NCBI GenBank assembly: GCA_965637545.1 | Contig: OZ281494.1 | Coordinates: 16,740,001 to 16,804,000, forward strand | Direction of reading: 5' to 3' | Source of the DNA: Phallusia mammillata | Taxonomy: Eukaryota | Length of the DNA stretch: 64,000 bases | Shown: in pieces, positions 28,501-43,500 of the stretch | How the letters are laid out: each line of letters begins with the position of its first letter | How positions within the stretch are numbered: position 1 is the stretch's first letter | The notes under the pieces: generated by a model | Told to the model about the DNA's origin: nothing | Seen by the model: only the letters and a program-made list of their open reading frames with translations | Databases searched by the model: none | Made by a program: the position numbers and the translations under genes

Positions 28501-31500
28501 AAACCTTTTTGTGGGCCGCCAAAATCCTAGACTAATTTTTCTAACCGAAAGATATTTGTAGTAACAATTATTTAAAGATTGATCCAAGAAAATCTTGTTA
28601 TTTGCATGCGCCAAACGTTTGTGCATGTGGTTTTACACAAACGTTCTGGGCCATTAGTTTTCTGAGCGTATTCTGTGCTTTTTTAGCCGGGAGTATGGCA
28701 AAAAATAAATGTATATGTAATTTATGTGTTCAGAACCTGCGGGAGCAATTGAGGAGATTACGTAACGAGCTTGAGAGAAAGAGAGATCGTTTTCCGTCCT
28801 CCAGCCCATCTGCATCGAGCAATGTGTTCAACAGAAAGATTGACGGGATGTTGGATGAGTGCAAAAGAGTTGAAGATCAGATCCGAGGTAGGGAAGATGA
28901 GCTCGGTGAAGCGGTTGCCGTGGCAACTGAAATGGAAGAGGAGGTTCAGAAGATTAATGAAGGTAAGTTTGCATGTAGATTGTGATTTAAAAAGTGTTAG
29001 TTTAAAGTTACTGGCATACGAATGAAATTGTAAACTTTTGGAGGGATCACATGGAACTAAATGACTCTTTCAAAATGACTCTGTGGTTTCAAAACTATCG
29101 TTTGAACGCCCAAAACTGCCTATGTTATATAAAAACTTTTGATACCTGAGTTTGTTGATCAAATGTTAACTTTTGTCAATCATTCTACTTCTTTTGTATC
29201 GAAAGCTGTTGCCAAACTGAAGGCTTCGTCTGAGGAAATGACCCCAGAGAAATCAATATTGCAGCAGATTGAAGGAAAGAAAAAGCTTTTGGAACGATTG
29301 CAACAATACAAGGAAAAGTTAGACAATGTAAAACAACATCATCCATACCAGCTGTCACCGACACCTTCACCGAGAAAAAGAGGTTCTGATAGTAAGTAAA
29401 ACTTAGGTTTGGGTAAACTGCCTAATTTGACCAAATATTTAGCTTTCATAAACCTACATTGCATTTTGTTTGATTTTATCTCACAACAAAAACATGGAGG
29501 TACTCCACTGCAGTCTGTTGGACAAACTGTCTAACTTATACCACCAATGTCTTATCATCTTAAAAACTGAACATTTTATCAAAATGGAACATTTAATTGC
29601 GTTCTCAAACCGCTGATGTATGCTCAAACCGAAGTTTGTGTTATTAATTTTGTTCACTGTTGTTTTATAATCGAAGCACCGATTTTGTAGGCTTATCAGT
29701 TTTGCCCAGCTAACCTCTTATCACAATGTGGTGATTACTATGATTTGCTTTCATTTCTATTTCTACTAACCAAACAACCATTTAATTACAGGAGGACAGG
29801 AAATACTTGGTGTACCCAAACTTGCTCTTCACACACTCCGTGAACCAGTAGAAGCAGTGAAACTGGCCAATGAAGTGGAACTGGCGATTGACGAGGTCGA
29901 ACTAGCCGCTACAGCGGATTTACTCGACCTTGAAGCGCGTGCACGTGACAATGACGTGTACGATGATGAGATCCGGCGATTGGCTGAGAAACTTGATGAC
30001 GCTAAAATGCGACTTAATCAGTTGCCAACATCCAAAAACTTAGGTGTGTTTGAATATATGACCTATAAACCCACAATACCCACTTTTCTGGAAGCACAAT
30101 TAAACCTAAAATAGAACACATGGTTTTAAAATTTCGTTTGTTTTGAAGTTTCTCCTCGTGTTTCCACGCCACGTGACGCTCGTGAAGAGTTGGAGGAATA
30201 TCGGAGGTTGACCGATGAAGTTGAGGAATATGAGAAACAAATTTCTGATCTTCGAGATCAAGCTGAAATGATGAAGTCCAGAAGTAAGTTGAAGCTGAAA
30301 TATTAAACGTTGACAGACTACTGATAAACCACTCGAATACATAAAGCAGTAAAATATATTTTTCTATTTTTTAGATGAATCAAGTATACTTACTGATGGA
30401 CTTGAATCTCCTCCATATGATTCATCAGGTCTTGGTACATTTGACTATGGTGGACCTGATGACGATGATTTTTCCACTCACGCTACACCACGTACCTCGA
30501 CCAGACAACGTAATTCGCCCTTTGTCACACCACGTGATCGCTCAACGAACCAATCACCATCGCCCAGGTCGGATCCAGAGAAAACGCCAACATTTGAAGA
30601 CATGTTGCGTGAAACCACCAAGAAAGTTCCTATTTCTCCAATAATGAAGTCTGATAAGTATGAATATTGCCTTCAGATTCCAGTATTTGTGTTGCTGGAT
30701 ATGTTAAAGATGGTTGTTATTTAAAACAGGTCGCCCGGTGTGAAGAGAAGACTAACGGAATTCCTTAGCGACAGTTTGAAAGGAAAAGAATCACCGGACG
30801 GGGCTTCCCCAGATTCGAAACTTTTTAACTCGGCTTCAAGTAAACTCTTTTAACTAAGCCATACTAACATGAACAAAAGACTCTAACTTGGACACCTTTC
30901 AAAATGTTTTTTGTTGTGGTAATTTAGATCTGTCATCATGCAGTACCAGCTCGCTGCTCTCTCCTTCTTTGGCAATGGGAATGGTCTCCACTTCTCCTGA
31001 CATTGCACCAGCGCCATCTGACGAATTAGATAGTGATAACACATACAGTATGTTTTAATGCAAAAAATTGTATAATCTCCAGCACTTTGGCAACAAATGG
31101 ATTTTTGCAGGTAACAAACAACTGCTGTTGCCTCGTCCAGTGCGGACTAGCAGTCCATTCATGGTGACGAGAGGGCGAGATAGCACTCTTTTCGAATCGC
31201 CGGACCAAAAACTTAATCTAGTTGACCAGTCGCTTTCCAAGCTGAAGGAACAAGTAGGAATTTGTGCACTGTTTCATTTTTTTGCCCTGTTAAAGTTTTA
31301 TACCAAAATTTCAGTCTAGCTATTTTTTATTACTGTGTCATAAATACCTTCTGCGCATGTTACTTGCAGAAGTGTTGAAAGTATTTTTTGACAACTTTGC
31401 TGTAAGCTAAACAACAAGCCTTCCTATGGATGTACATTGGCTGACAAAAGATTCAATTTTAAACGTTTCTAAATTGTTGATTGACAGCTCGGTGTGAAAG

Positions 31501-34500
31501 GTGAATCGTTTTTAAATGCGCTACAACACCAAGAAGATCTGCAGCAGGAAATACAATACGTGACTGCAAAACTTGACGAGTTCCAGGATCGGTTGGACGC
31601 TTCTGATGAAGAGGTTGATCTTCAGAAAACTCTCCAAGCAACACAGGTACAATTCGGACAATTTTATTTTATAACTTTATTTTTTTGCTAAACCTGTTTA
31701 AGTAGAAACAGTGTTCGTCTCTCACACGTTCTAACTGGGACTTACGTAGTAAATTTATCAGTGTAAAAAACTTAACTTTTTAAAACAGGAACTGCTTGAC
31801 GACATCAACCGAGTTATACCCAAACTGGAGTCAGTCGATCGCAAGGTGCGTTTCCTTGGCAACGAACACGCTGGTAAAGACGCCTTCCAAGCGACTGTGT
31901 CTGTGCTGTACGACAGATGGGACACACTAAGAATGCAAGCTACATCCAAACAAAACACTGTTGAGGTACGTTGGCTGTTTTGGCCAAACAACAAACAGTC
32001 TCATTGTTCAATTTTTAATTTAGTTTTATCTAGATTTCTTTGTGTGATATATTTGTTTTTGAACATTGGTCTAAATGACTGTTCTGTTTTCCACACATGA
32101 AGTTGCTTTTAAATTAGTTTCTTTTACAATACTGCTAGATCGATACATTACCAAGAACGACTAATTAGGATGCACTATTTTCACGAATATTAGACTGCCA
32201 GTGTATGAAGTAAAAATGCATTTTCGGTGCACTAAGCCTAAAAGACGAGTTTAGTCAAATGAAACGTGCAACTTACACAAACACATTGTAATTAACATCA
32301 GATCAAAATCCTGGAAGAGGAACAATACAGAAGGATGGTGGAAGCTTACAAAGCTGAACTCCAGCAAGTGACTGACTGGATGGAGGAAGCCAAGAGCAAT
32401 AATCCTCCTCATCATGAAGCACCAGACGGAGGACATCCCTCTCCTCCTGGTGGAGGTAGAAGGATGTCGTCTGACTCTTCTTCTGCATCCAGCAACATGA
32501 CATCTGTACACCAGCAGCTGAAACAATGCAGAAACACAGTTCTCGATATTGAAAGGAAACTTATTCTTCTTTCCGAGTTAAGCGGTAAGACAATTTGTTT
32601 TGGAAAACTTATGACATACAATATGCACTAGACTGAAGTAATGATTTTGGATAATGTTTTTCTTGAGTTTTGTTTATGTTTATGCTCTTTTCTTGAGTTT
32701 TTGTTTATACTTATTTAAAATTGCTAAAATTTTGCTAAAATTGTAACAGTTACAAAGCCTAAAACTGTCCAAAACAACTTTTTTTTTTTTGACATTACTT
32801 GATTTTTACTGCAAGATGATTACTCTGAATTGAATCTTTTTGTGTTGAATTAACACTACATTTATTCTACTTCTACCTGTACATTTCTAGAACGTTTTAG
32901 CAGTTTTTGGACTTTCAATTCCGAGGTATTCGGTATGTCGTCATTCGTTGACCAATACGCTTTTGCTTTAAAACTTAAACGCATTGCGCATTAAACTGCA
33001 TATAACATACCACTTTGACTTCAGGTTTACAAAAATCTTGTTTAAAATGGCGCTTTAAAAAATTGGATAGCCATAGACAATGAATGTGATAAAATATATT
33101 TTTATCGCATTTACCAGTTTCATTTTTTGAACCAACGCTTCACCAGGGAAGCGCATTTACGTTTAGTTGAATGTTAATTTTTTCCATCGAAAATCCTGAC
33201 ATTCTTAACTTCCAGTTTAATTGTAGTTTGGGGCCAGAACTGAAAAATACAAGCCCAAAACCTTGGCCCAAACTCTGTTTGAAAAAAGGCAAAAATCAAA
33301 CAGAGTGTAAAGTCAATCCCGAATCAAGCTATTTAAACTGCAGCCTGTACTCGGTTCGAAAAGTCCAGCCCGACTTACAACTCTGCTGTAGACTTTCTCA
33401 TCTTAGGCACTTTAGGCTCATCTGCAGGCCAGTAAAGCACAACTAAACCAGTCATTGCACTAACACCCACAAATAGGCACACCACGGCGTGACGTAGCCA
33501 TGACGTCAGACTCATCTCGTTCTCGCACGTCATCGACTTCATCCACATCAACCGTCGTTTCATCTGCTCTTCCCGCTACTTTCCGATCCTTGGCCATTTC
33601 GACTTCTCGTTCTGGAACACGTCGCGCTTCGGGTTTGCCCAGCGTGAAGGAGTTGTTGTGTGCTGGTGTGTTTGCTACTAACTATTTGAATATTTAACCA
33701 TAGTTGGTGAAGGTTGTGTAACAAATCGTTTGTTGTACATAACAATACAAAAAGTTGCCTCGGCTTTACAGTTTTGCAGCGTATGGTTATCATTTTATAT
33801 CTTTGTGACAGAGTGCGTATAGTGATAAACATTTAAACGCTTGCACTACTGCTGCATAGCTAGGGTGCTGCGTTAATATATTTTTTTATAAATTGCAAAA
33901 AAGTTTTAAGTTGAAAACGTAGGTTTTTTCTTATAAATCTATGTGTATGATACCACTAATACATGTTTCCGTGTCATGCTTTTCAACTTGCATGTTTTAC
34001 TTATCTTCATCATTGCATGTATTTCTTTTATTCCTGGCGTTCAATCGCTTGAAGAACATTCATTTTTAATAAATTTCGATATTTTGCATGCTTTACTAAC
34101 GCGAATTTTACCATTTCTTACACTCAAGCAAAAGCACCATTCCGTTTTTACATTGTTTATTCTTTCTGTTTTCCTTGTGACTTCTTGCTTTGTTCCTTTA
34201 GTTTCATTAACGTAAAGCATTCATTTTGTGTGCTTTGATCTTTCTATAAACAACTGTAATTTGTCATCATCATGCTTGACAACTTAACCTTCATAACATC
34301 AATACCTTAGCATGAACATTTCATCATTTGCAATTGTTCATTTCACTAAACTGTTTTCGTTCTTATTGGCGGTTGCTTTATTCTCTACCATCAAATACAT
34401 TTACACTAAATAATGCCTCTAGGTTATATTAGGCAATTTTCTAACTTTACTCGTATTTGATTTAGAAAAAAGTTCCAACCTTTCCCAAGCGGACCAGGAG

Positions 34501-37500
34501 CGGGACGCCCTCTTGCGGAAGCTCGAATCCGTAAAAGATGATTTGGAAAATCTGCAGAAGGAGACTCAGGACAGGGAGAAAAAGCTACAGGTTTTTCAAA
34601 TATTTTTTAAACAAAAAACACATGAGACAAATGTTGAAAACAAACTACCTGGTTTATCTTTCTTGAGGAAAACAAACTACCTGGTTTATCTTTCTTGAGG
34701 TTTATCTTTCTTTTAACTAATATGATAATTTGTAGGACGAAATTGACACGAAACAGGACGAATCGTTGTTCGAACAAGAGTCACGTGCCCAGCAAATGAG
34801 AGATTGGCTTCAATCTTTAGAGGTAAAACTCAGTGGCTTTTCATAAATTGCATTTGATCTCACACCCATGTGCATTTAGACCGACGCTGGTGACCCGGAT
34901 ATAATGTCACCAACCACACTACAACGTCAGCTGTCGGAGGATTTACGTGACCACCAGGAAAATTTGGAATTGGTAGCAAAGAAAGGAAGGAGCCGATCTG
35001 CATCACGTGACTCGTATAAATCACGTATGTAGAGTTATGCTTGCGAATTACGTAACTTTTTCATAACATTGCTAATGTTCCCGCCAAGGCAAAGCTTTTC
35101 AAACCTTTTACCTCATTTACCCGTTAAAAAATGAGAAAGTTTGTTACACTTAGCTTGAGATCCTAGTTTACTGACATTTACTCTCAAAGTATGTGTAATG
35201 TACATCGTGGGCCTAATTTAACATCTTCGTCATAAATATAAGCTAATGCTAACACGCACTAACAGTTTGTTCACGTGAAACGAGTCATCAACTGAACTTA
35301 CCAAAGCTTTCATTTTTAATTAAATTTTGTAGCGCTTTCGTCGGCAAGAGACAGTGATAATCTTAACCCATGGACTCGCCTCCGAAAAGAAGCGGAATCG
35401 AAAGCTTCTGAATCGGATGAGCTTACAGCAAAAAACCTTTGCCACAAAAACCATCTCACACTTGCTCATGCTGTGGATTGCGGCGAAAGAGTCAATCCTG
35501 AAAAACTGAAGGTGAGTGTTACTATATAAGACCTACCATCACTGTTTGTTGTAATGGTATGCTGTCGCTAAGCATACTGGTTCAATGCTAACGTTGTGTT
35601 TTGCAGAAATCGCTTGAAGAGATTAACAAAAAGTGGAAAGCGCTAAATCACACGCAGCAAAATGCAGAATCAGTCAACGAAAACTCTCAGCGTGTGCTAA
35701 AGGTCAGTGCTGCTACATATTTTTCAATACATATAAAACTGGAATCTAAGTTTTTTTACAAGTTTTGTTTTGTGTTGTGCACACAGCAAGTCTCCAAGTG
35801 GATGAATGAAACTGAGTTTGACATGATACTTTCTGATTGGACAACTGAGTGTGACGTCAATGTTCAAAAAGATAGTAAAAAATTGCAAGAAAGTTTGGGC
35901 ACACTGCTAAACACCTCCAAACAGGTTCCTTTTACTTTGTAACTCTATGCTAAAAATGATGATTTAAATACAAATTATGTTTAAGCTGCAGACAGTGCAT
36001 ACTGTTTCGACTTAAAAGGTATCATCGGTGCATCTGGTCACGAGATATAGGCCGTGTTTGCTAATGTAGCCATTCAACGGCACTCTGATTTGTTGGGAGT
36101 AACAGGCTAAGGTCGTATAGGTGGAAACAGCGTACACTGTCTGCAACATACCATCTATTGGCTTGATGCTTTTAAATTTATGTTTACATGGCAAAATTAA
36201 ATAAACCAAACGACAAAACTTTCACTTTTCAATTTTAGTTCTCTGTTGAAAATCCACTTACACAACATCAGCGAGACATCCAGACTGCCATCCGTTGCCT
36301 TGACAACCGACTTCATGCAGTTCTTGAGCAACAGCGAAAGCAGGAAACGGAATCACGTGAGAAGAAGAATGATTGGAGAAACATACAGGTACAGTAACCC
36401 ACAAGAAATTGTAAAACTAAACAATTTGATATATTTTCTTGCAAGAGGATAAACACATAATTATGCAAATGTTTATGAATGAAATGCTGTAATAAGCAAC
36501 TTTAATTTTTTTTTGTAGGTCGATCTGAAGATGGCGATGTCGCAACTGTCTCAGGTAAAGAAACAGGCGAAAAATTTGATCGCTTCAAAATCCTTGTCAT
36601 CGGATGATATGAAAGTAAACTGTGGAAAACTAAAATCGCTCCAAGAAGAACTAAAGGCATTAAAAGCAGAGTTTAAACCTCTACTTGGCAAGGCAGACAG
36701 AGTAAGTTGAATTTTCTGATCAACATGATATGATACCTGGGTAAAATTAAGTGTAAATTTTGCTACATTTAGTTTGCTTGTGAGTCGCACCCATCCCACA
36801 CGACAGATACACATGAATTACGATGCATGGTTAAAGATGTGGAGGAGAGTGTTCAGGCAGGTCTAAGGGACGTAAGAATGCATTTGGATGATGAGAAGAA
36901 ATTTGAACAGGTGTGAAAACCGACAACGGTATGTAATATTTGTACCGGTTAGTGTTGAATACCCGACATGTTTACAGATGTTGTCCGACTACAAAGCTCT
37001 CATAGAAGCTGGCCAGAATAAGATAGACCAGTCTGCAAGTGATGTACTGGATCTGAAAGATTTCAAACATCAGCTGTCTGAGCTAAAGGTTTGAATTTGT
37101 GAAACAACATTTTGTGCTTGTCTGGCATATCGCAAGCAAGTATCGATGTTGTGAGCAACTAAAAGCTTACATAAAACAGATTTTAAATAACGATAGCGAT
37201 TGTTATATTTACACCCCTTCAATGGCTTTTTAAACACATTCAATTCAAATTCATTCCAAAGCTGTGTGGTTGAGTATTTTTGTAATCAAATAATGATGTT
37301 TTGGCAGAAATTTGCTTCTACCGCCAAGAACCACCGTTCACTTTGTGTGGAAACCAGCGACAAGATACATCCTGTCATTCAGGAAAAACAACGTTCCCTA
37401 CTGTCAAAATTGCTCCACGACCATTTAACGCTAGATGGTGCTGTCATTAAAAGAATTGCGACGTTAGAAAAATGCATTAAGGTAAAGGGCATGTAGTAAT

Positions 37501-40500
37501 TTCATTTGGCATAGTGGGGACAATGCTGTTCAACATTAAAAATTACCAGCATCCAAACATAAATTTCTCACTGCAACTATCCCTTAAGTCTAATTTAACA
37601 TAATTTTGCAGGAATGGGAGAAAATAGATGCTGATGTGGCACTGGTCAGTGATGATTTGGAGACGGTCGAGTTTTTGCTTCCAGAGGAAAATGAGGGTGA
37701 TCCTGATGACCAAACTTCAAGAATCCACCTCCTGGAGAGTCTTCAACAGAAGCTGAATAAATGTGAAACCGGTAAGCATGTTAACATAAACGATAGGTAA
37801 CCTTTCTGGAGATTGCACAAGAGGTTACAAATATTAAAACTGCAGTCAGTTTTGTAAAACATGTGCTTTGTGTTCACGATTCAAGAAAATGACATATTTA
37901 CCGATGGTTCAACTTACAATATAGATAATAGTGCCTATTTTTAAATTCGTTAACCAATGAATTGATTTCACAGCTGTCAATCAAACAGCAAAGAATTGGA
38001 ACCGGCTTGCCGAGCAGCAGATCACCTGTCCACTTATGGACAAACGCTGCCGCGCAGTTGCCGACACTTGGCTATTGTACAGTTCAAAGGTCAACCAAGA
38101 ACTTCGAAGACTCTACGTTTTGCGTGAACTGAGGCCAAGGTATAACTCGGACGGTTTATTTATTTGGTTTGATCTTCTTGATGTAAATTAGTACTTGGTA
38201 CCTTGAAACATCCACGTTTGTTTAATAGACCTTACTTATCAGCTATCTACTGGTACTTGTTATCAGCTATCTACTGGTAATGTTAAACGGTTTGATGGGA
38301 GAACCTTTATCATAAAGCTTTGTGTTTTAAAATGTTATATGTGGTTGTTATCCTTCATGAGTAACTATCCGGTAATGTAGATACATGGATGGATTAAAAA
38401 CATTTCGTGCTGCAACCGAAGTTTTGTCTGAAAAGATCTCGAAAATTCACCCCCGATTCGGTGCTTTGCCCCCAATCGATGCAGATCTGCCAAATCTGTA
38501 AGTAAACCTCATCAGAACCTACTGTCCATGTTGTATGATTTCCGCAATAAACTATAGCGTGTTCTGCAATTGCAGTTCCAATGATGTAACCGCCATTGCA
38601 TCTGACGCACAACAAGCTCAAGTAATGCTTGATGACATCATGGAGTGCGTGGAAATCCTGACAAAAGAACAGCGATCGGGGTTGGGAAATATGAACACTG
38701 AAATTAAAAATATTCAGAGCTACTTTTTGACCGTGACAACTGGTGTTCAAACCGTACAGGAAAAATTGTCAGAGGTTTGTACTTTTTGATTGGTACGTAA
38801 ATATTTCCTTATGCTTTTTGTATGATGGTTAATATACCTATTTAGGCATTGTAGTTTTATGTTCCTTTCGGCAATAAACAAATTTCTATGCATCGTAAAC
38901 GGTAACATATTTTTCTGTACTTAACAGGCACAACGGAAGGCATTTTCGGACAAAGCACTAATCAGTGAAGTTACTTCTTGGATAACCAAAGCTAACTCCG
39001 CTCTAGACCAAGAAAACGTAAAGAATTTTGACACAGTGTCATCAGCTGGGTGTAAAGATCAACTGGTTACGTACAAGGTCAGCAATTATACTTTTATTCA
39101 TGATACATAAGTTGTGTAGGTTTGGTATTTTAACTTTTGTGGTATGCAGACTTTTAAAGGTGGCCAAGAAGCAATGGAAAAACATGTGGAACGTTTGAAC
39201 GGTAGCAGCTCTTTACGTTCGGTCGATTTAGCTTCCCTGAACCGTCAATGGGCTTTACTGAAAGCAAGGGTACGTAATGTCGTCAAAACTTTATTCACAT
39301 TTGAGGGCAGAAACTTGGCCTATAATGGTTCAATGCGCCTCGGACATATACAGATATAAACAAACTGATAATACTGACTAATTTGACATGGTTGTAACTG
39401 TAAAGATCTTTGATTGGACAGATTTCTCGATGTGTTGACCAATCAGAACGCGAGTACAAGAGATGGAAAGAGCACGAAAACCATGTCAGTGAAATGCAAC
39501 GTTGGATGGATCGAAAAATTCAGGTAACAACTTTGTATTCAGTGGTCGTTAAATGAATATGAATTCTTCCTTTTTAATAATGATGGGGCTATATTAAATA
39601 GGCTCAAGATGAAGAATCAGCAACGTCCAAAATTGGTTCACAAAGCGAAGTGACTTCTTCAATCGATCAATGCGAAAAATTTGAAAAGAAACTGAAATCG
39701 AAATTTCGCGAACTTGCTTCGCTGGAAAAAGATTACAAGGGTATATATTTTAGCAAACTCTAAACCCGCTTTAATGCCGCATGTACCACGACAAACGTTT
39801 ATTTCTTAGAACTTGTTTCGGATAAAAACAAAACATACCGATCAGCGACGCCCGAACCAGGATACGGAAGTCCACAACTGTTGAAACTAAATCAGAGCTG
39901 GGCTTTGCTGGAACATTCGCTTGCGAAACGCAGAAAGGACCTAAAAGAAGCCTTGAAACTGTGGAACAAGTAAATGTGCTAAATCATCTTTGCAAATAAT
40001 TTTTATCGTGACACCTGTTTAATGTATTTCGTACCATTATGCGCTAAACAAAATGGATTGGTTATTTTAATGATGGAAACTTATAGATACAAAACTGCTG
40101 AGAACATTGTGTCGGAACACCTGATGGCGGCAGAGAGCGCTCTTTTAACAGACAGGTTTTCATCCGAAAAGCCAGAAAAGAAAATATCGAAACTGCAAGG
40201 TATGAGTTTTGAAACCAACAGGTTTATGGATTTTTCTAACGCCATGTTTTTTAGGTGCCCTTTCCAACCTGGAAAGCCAACGATTACAGGTGCAGTTTTT
40301 AGCAGTGGAGGCTGACTGCGTCATCGCTGGGTGCCATGACGACGCTGCTGAAGCCGTCAAACGAATGTTGGATAACACTGAAGCAAGGTAACGTTAAAAA
40401 ACATTATTTTCCATATTGCTTGGGATCGGGTTTATGCAATTTTGTGGTCTTTAGGTGGAATGATATTTCAGCAAATATTACAAAACGCGTTGAACAACAC

Positions 40501-43500
40501 CACGAATGCATTGACATCATAAAAAGCTATGGCGAAAAAGTGACAGATATCGAAGACAAGTCGAACAACTTGAGATTAAGAGCGACAGAAGTGCTCAAGG
40601 AAAAATCCTACCTCGAAGACCCCCGCGCCTGTTTGCTAAAAGCTGATGTAAGATTGTCAAAATATTTAAAAAGATACTGATCGATCAAACAAAAAGGTGA
40701 CATCGCAGCCGTTTGCCTGTTGCATTTATTTCTTTGTTTCTTTGTTTGCCGTGCACTGTGTTACGCGTATTCAGTGTTATTTACCCTGATGAAGATGACC
40801 TGCATAGGACGTCGAAATGTCGGTATAAAAATATAATTTCCAGAAGAGCTCTATAAATTCGATATAATGCCAGGCAGCAACGGCTTATATATTAGAGAAC
40901 GTTCGTTTGTGCACATAAACAAAACACGTTTTTCTGGCCTGTTGCTGTTATTTGCTTTTGCCACACCAAGGTGCTAGTTGTTGATCTTGTCGCGGAGTTA
41001 CCGGGTGTTGTTGTTTGCAGGGCTTGGAACGGACGTGTGAAATTTTGCGCAACAACTTGGCTTCTCTTCCTGCCATTGCTGAAAGATTTGAACAAAGCGA
41101 ACCATCAGAAGCGGTGAAGTTAAATGCCAGCAATACAAGGTAACAGAACTAGCAGTGTTGAGTGTCTTAAGACACTTGCTAAAGCAACTGCTAAAAGCTT
41201 GCAAGAGGTATTTTGTCAATAGTATGCTAGAATTGTTTAATATTAAATCAATTACTAAAATTAGTTAGCTGTTTTACCATTTATTGAGAGAGTGTAGTTG
41301 TGTATAATTCTGATTTTGTGGTGGAAAATCACTTTTGCTGTCAAGTACTGGACTTACAACGTTAGTAGTTAAACACAGTGGTGAGAAAAACCTATTAAGA
41401 AATATATTACCAAACAGACTTTCCGCAAAAGTTGTGCAAACCATCCGACGAGCTAGAGTGGCGATAGAGAGCGTACGTGAGTTTGGTCGGAAATCAGGCG
41501 AACTCAGGGACAAAATGGGATACATGGATGCTTGGCTCGGTGAAGTCGAAGCAATTACACAAAAAGAGGGAAATATCACTGAACGCAAAAAAATCGAGGT
41601 AAGTCAACCAAATAGTGAAAAATTGTATCACAATTAAACTGCAGACAGTAAACTCTGTTTGGTCTTATCAGTACAACTCGTACCTAACGGCACTCCAATT
41701 TGTTGGGAGTGACTAGCTAAAAAATCAGTATTATTGTGTTCCATATCTCTTTTATACGTAATGCTTTCTACAGAATGGCTTGACCGAACGCAGAGCTCAG
41801 CTTCAAGCATTTAAAGCCTACTCAAGAACCATGGATGATATTAATGCTTTTGCAAATCAACTACCAATGAACGAAAAGCACATCAAGAAGCTGCAGTCCC
41901 TTAACGATAGGTGGAAAGGAGCTATGAAAACAACAGCTAAAAGGTAAAAGTAAATAAATACCTAACAAGGAATCACATCAAAAACTCTAGCTTGTGGCAT
42001 CTATACTGCTCTGTTTTCTTAAAATGCGTTGCGTCCAATTTTGAGACCAGGAGTCCTTTCTGAATTTACTTTGAGTTGTTCGGAGCACCACGATAAAAAA
42101 GTATCGGACAAAAGCAACTGTTCGCATAATCGAAATTGTATTATTAATGGAAAAGTAATAGTTTTATTCCACTACCTGAATGTAATCTTTTAGTGTCGTT
42201 ACCTGTTTATACAACTCTCTTTAGATATGGAGATCTCCAAGCATCGATGATACCTCTTCTAGAATTCCCGGAGAAATGTGAAAACTGGATGTTATTCGTC
42301 ACTCAGGCAGAACGAGGATTGGTTGCTGATCTTCCTACGTCATACGACGGGCTGACTGACCAAGCAAGGTTCGATCTAATTTTGAACTTACAAAGCACTA
42401 ATTTGTTGTCAGGCTGTATGACAATATGTACATTTGTTGCAGGGCGTACGACATGTTTATTGTGGAAAGTGGTGCAAGACAACAGTTGCTCCGTAATATT
42501 GTGAAGGAGGGGGAGGAAATGCTTTGCGAGGATATCGTTCCCAATCCGTAAGTAGTCGTGAAATGTTAGCAATGTTTTGTACTTTAAAGTTGTAGATTCT
42601 TTCGCGATAATTACTTCTGAACAATTTACCAGTGTGGTCATGTTATTGTGCACTATCAAAATAAATTATTGTTTATACTAATGTGTCACATACTTTGAAT
42701 ATCTGGTTTATTCTTAGTGAGGAATTCAATAGCAAACTGACAAATCTTGACAAGCAGTGGAGTTCTGTCCTCAAGAGGGCGCGCGAGCGTAAAACCGTGG
42801 TTGACGCTACCATGGAAACGTGGCGTACATACAAGCAACGCAATGCAGAAGTAGTGGCAGAAACCCGTTGCTTTGACGTCGAAATGTCAAAGTTTGATGG
42901 TGAAATGACAGTTGCAGGACTTGCCCCCACAACACTGGCTGAATTAATGGTTGGTGATTTCTTTTATGTATGTTTGATCATGGAAGTAATATTTCTCCCT
43001 TCGTGAATCCTAGGAACTTGAAGCTGCCGCTGACAACGATACTTGTTCAAATATGCTTGATGCCGGTCACCGCGTGATGGCGCTAGCACGGGGCGACCTC
43101 CATGCTCGTCTGAAAAAGGAAATTTCATCATGCCACGGGGATTACATGAACGCCCATCAAGCAGTGAAAGAAAAAAGGTACATATAAAGCACTCTACATC
43201 AGTGGTCTTCAACCTTTTTTAAAGGCGACCCCAATATAAAAGAAAATTAAATCAGCATTTACATACGACCCCATTTTTTCCGATAGTGAAAAAATGTTTT
43301 TTTAATGCCGAAACAGAAATTTTCCTGTAAATATGCCCGCCTAATTTTCAAGTAGAATTTAAATATTAGCATTCAGTGCGCAGCATTACGCTCAAATGAT
43401 AGAACCCATAAGTTTTATTTAATTTGGCCAACCTAATTCGCGTTAAAGCTCACCAGTTGGCAGAAATCAGTAAATTTATGAACCCTCCCATTCATGGGGC

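Noticed and set aside
33943-34215. 90-aa hydrophobic ORF resembling a membrane peptide
   Set aside because: The hydrophobicity is explained by T-rich intronic sequence that carries the splicing-regulatory motifs; no splice or homology support.
41161-41176. 16-bp perfect palindrome AGTGTCTTAAGACACT
   Set aside because: Isolated, with no supporting structure or repeat family; could be chance.
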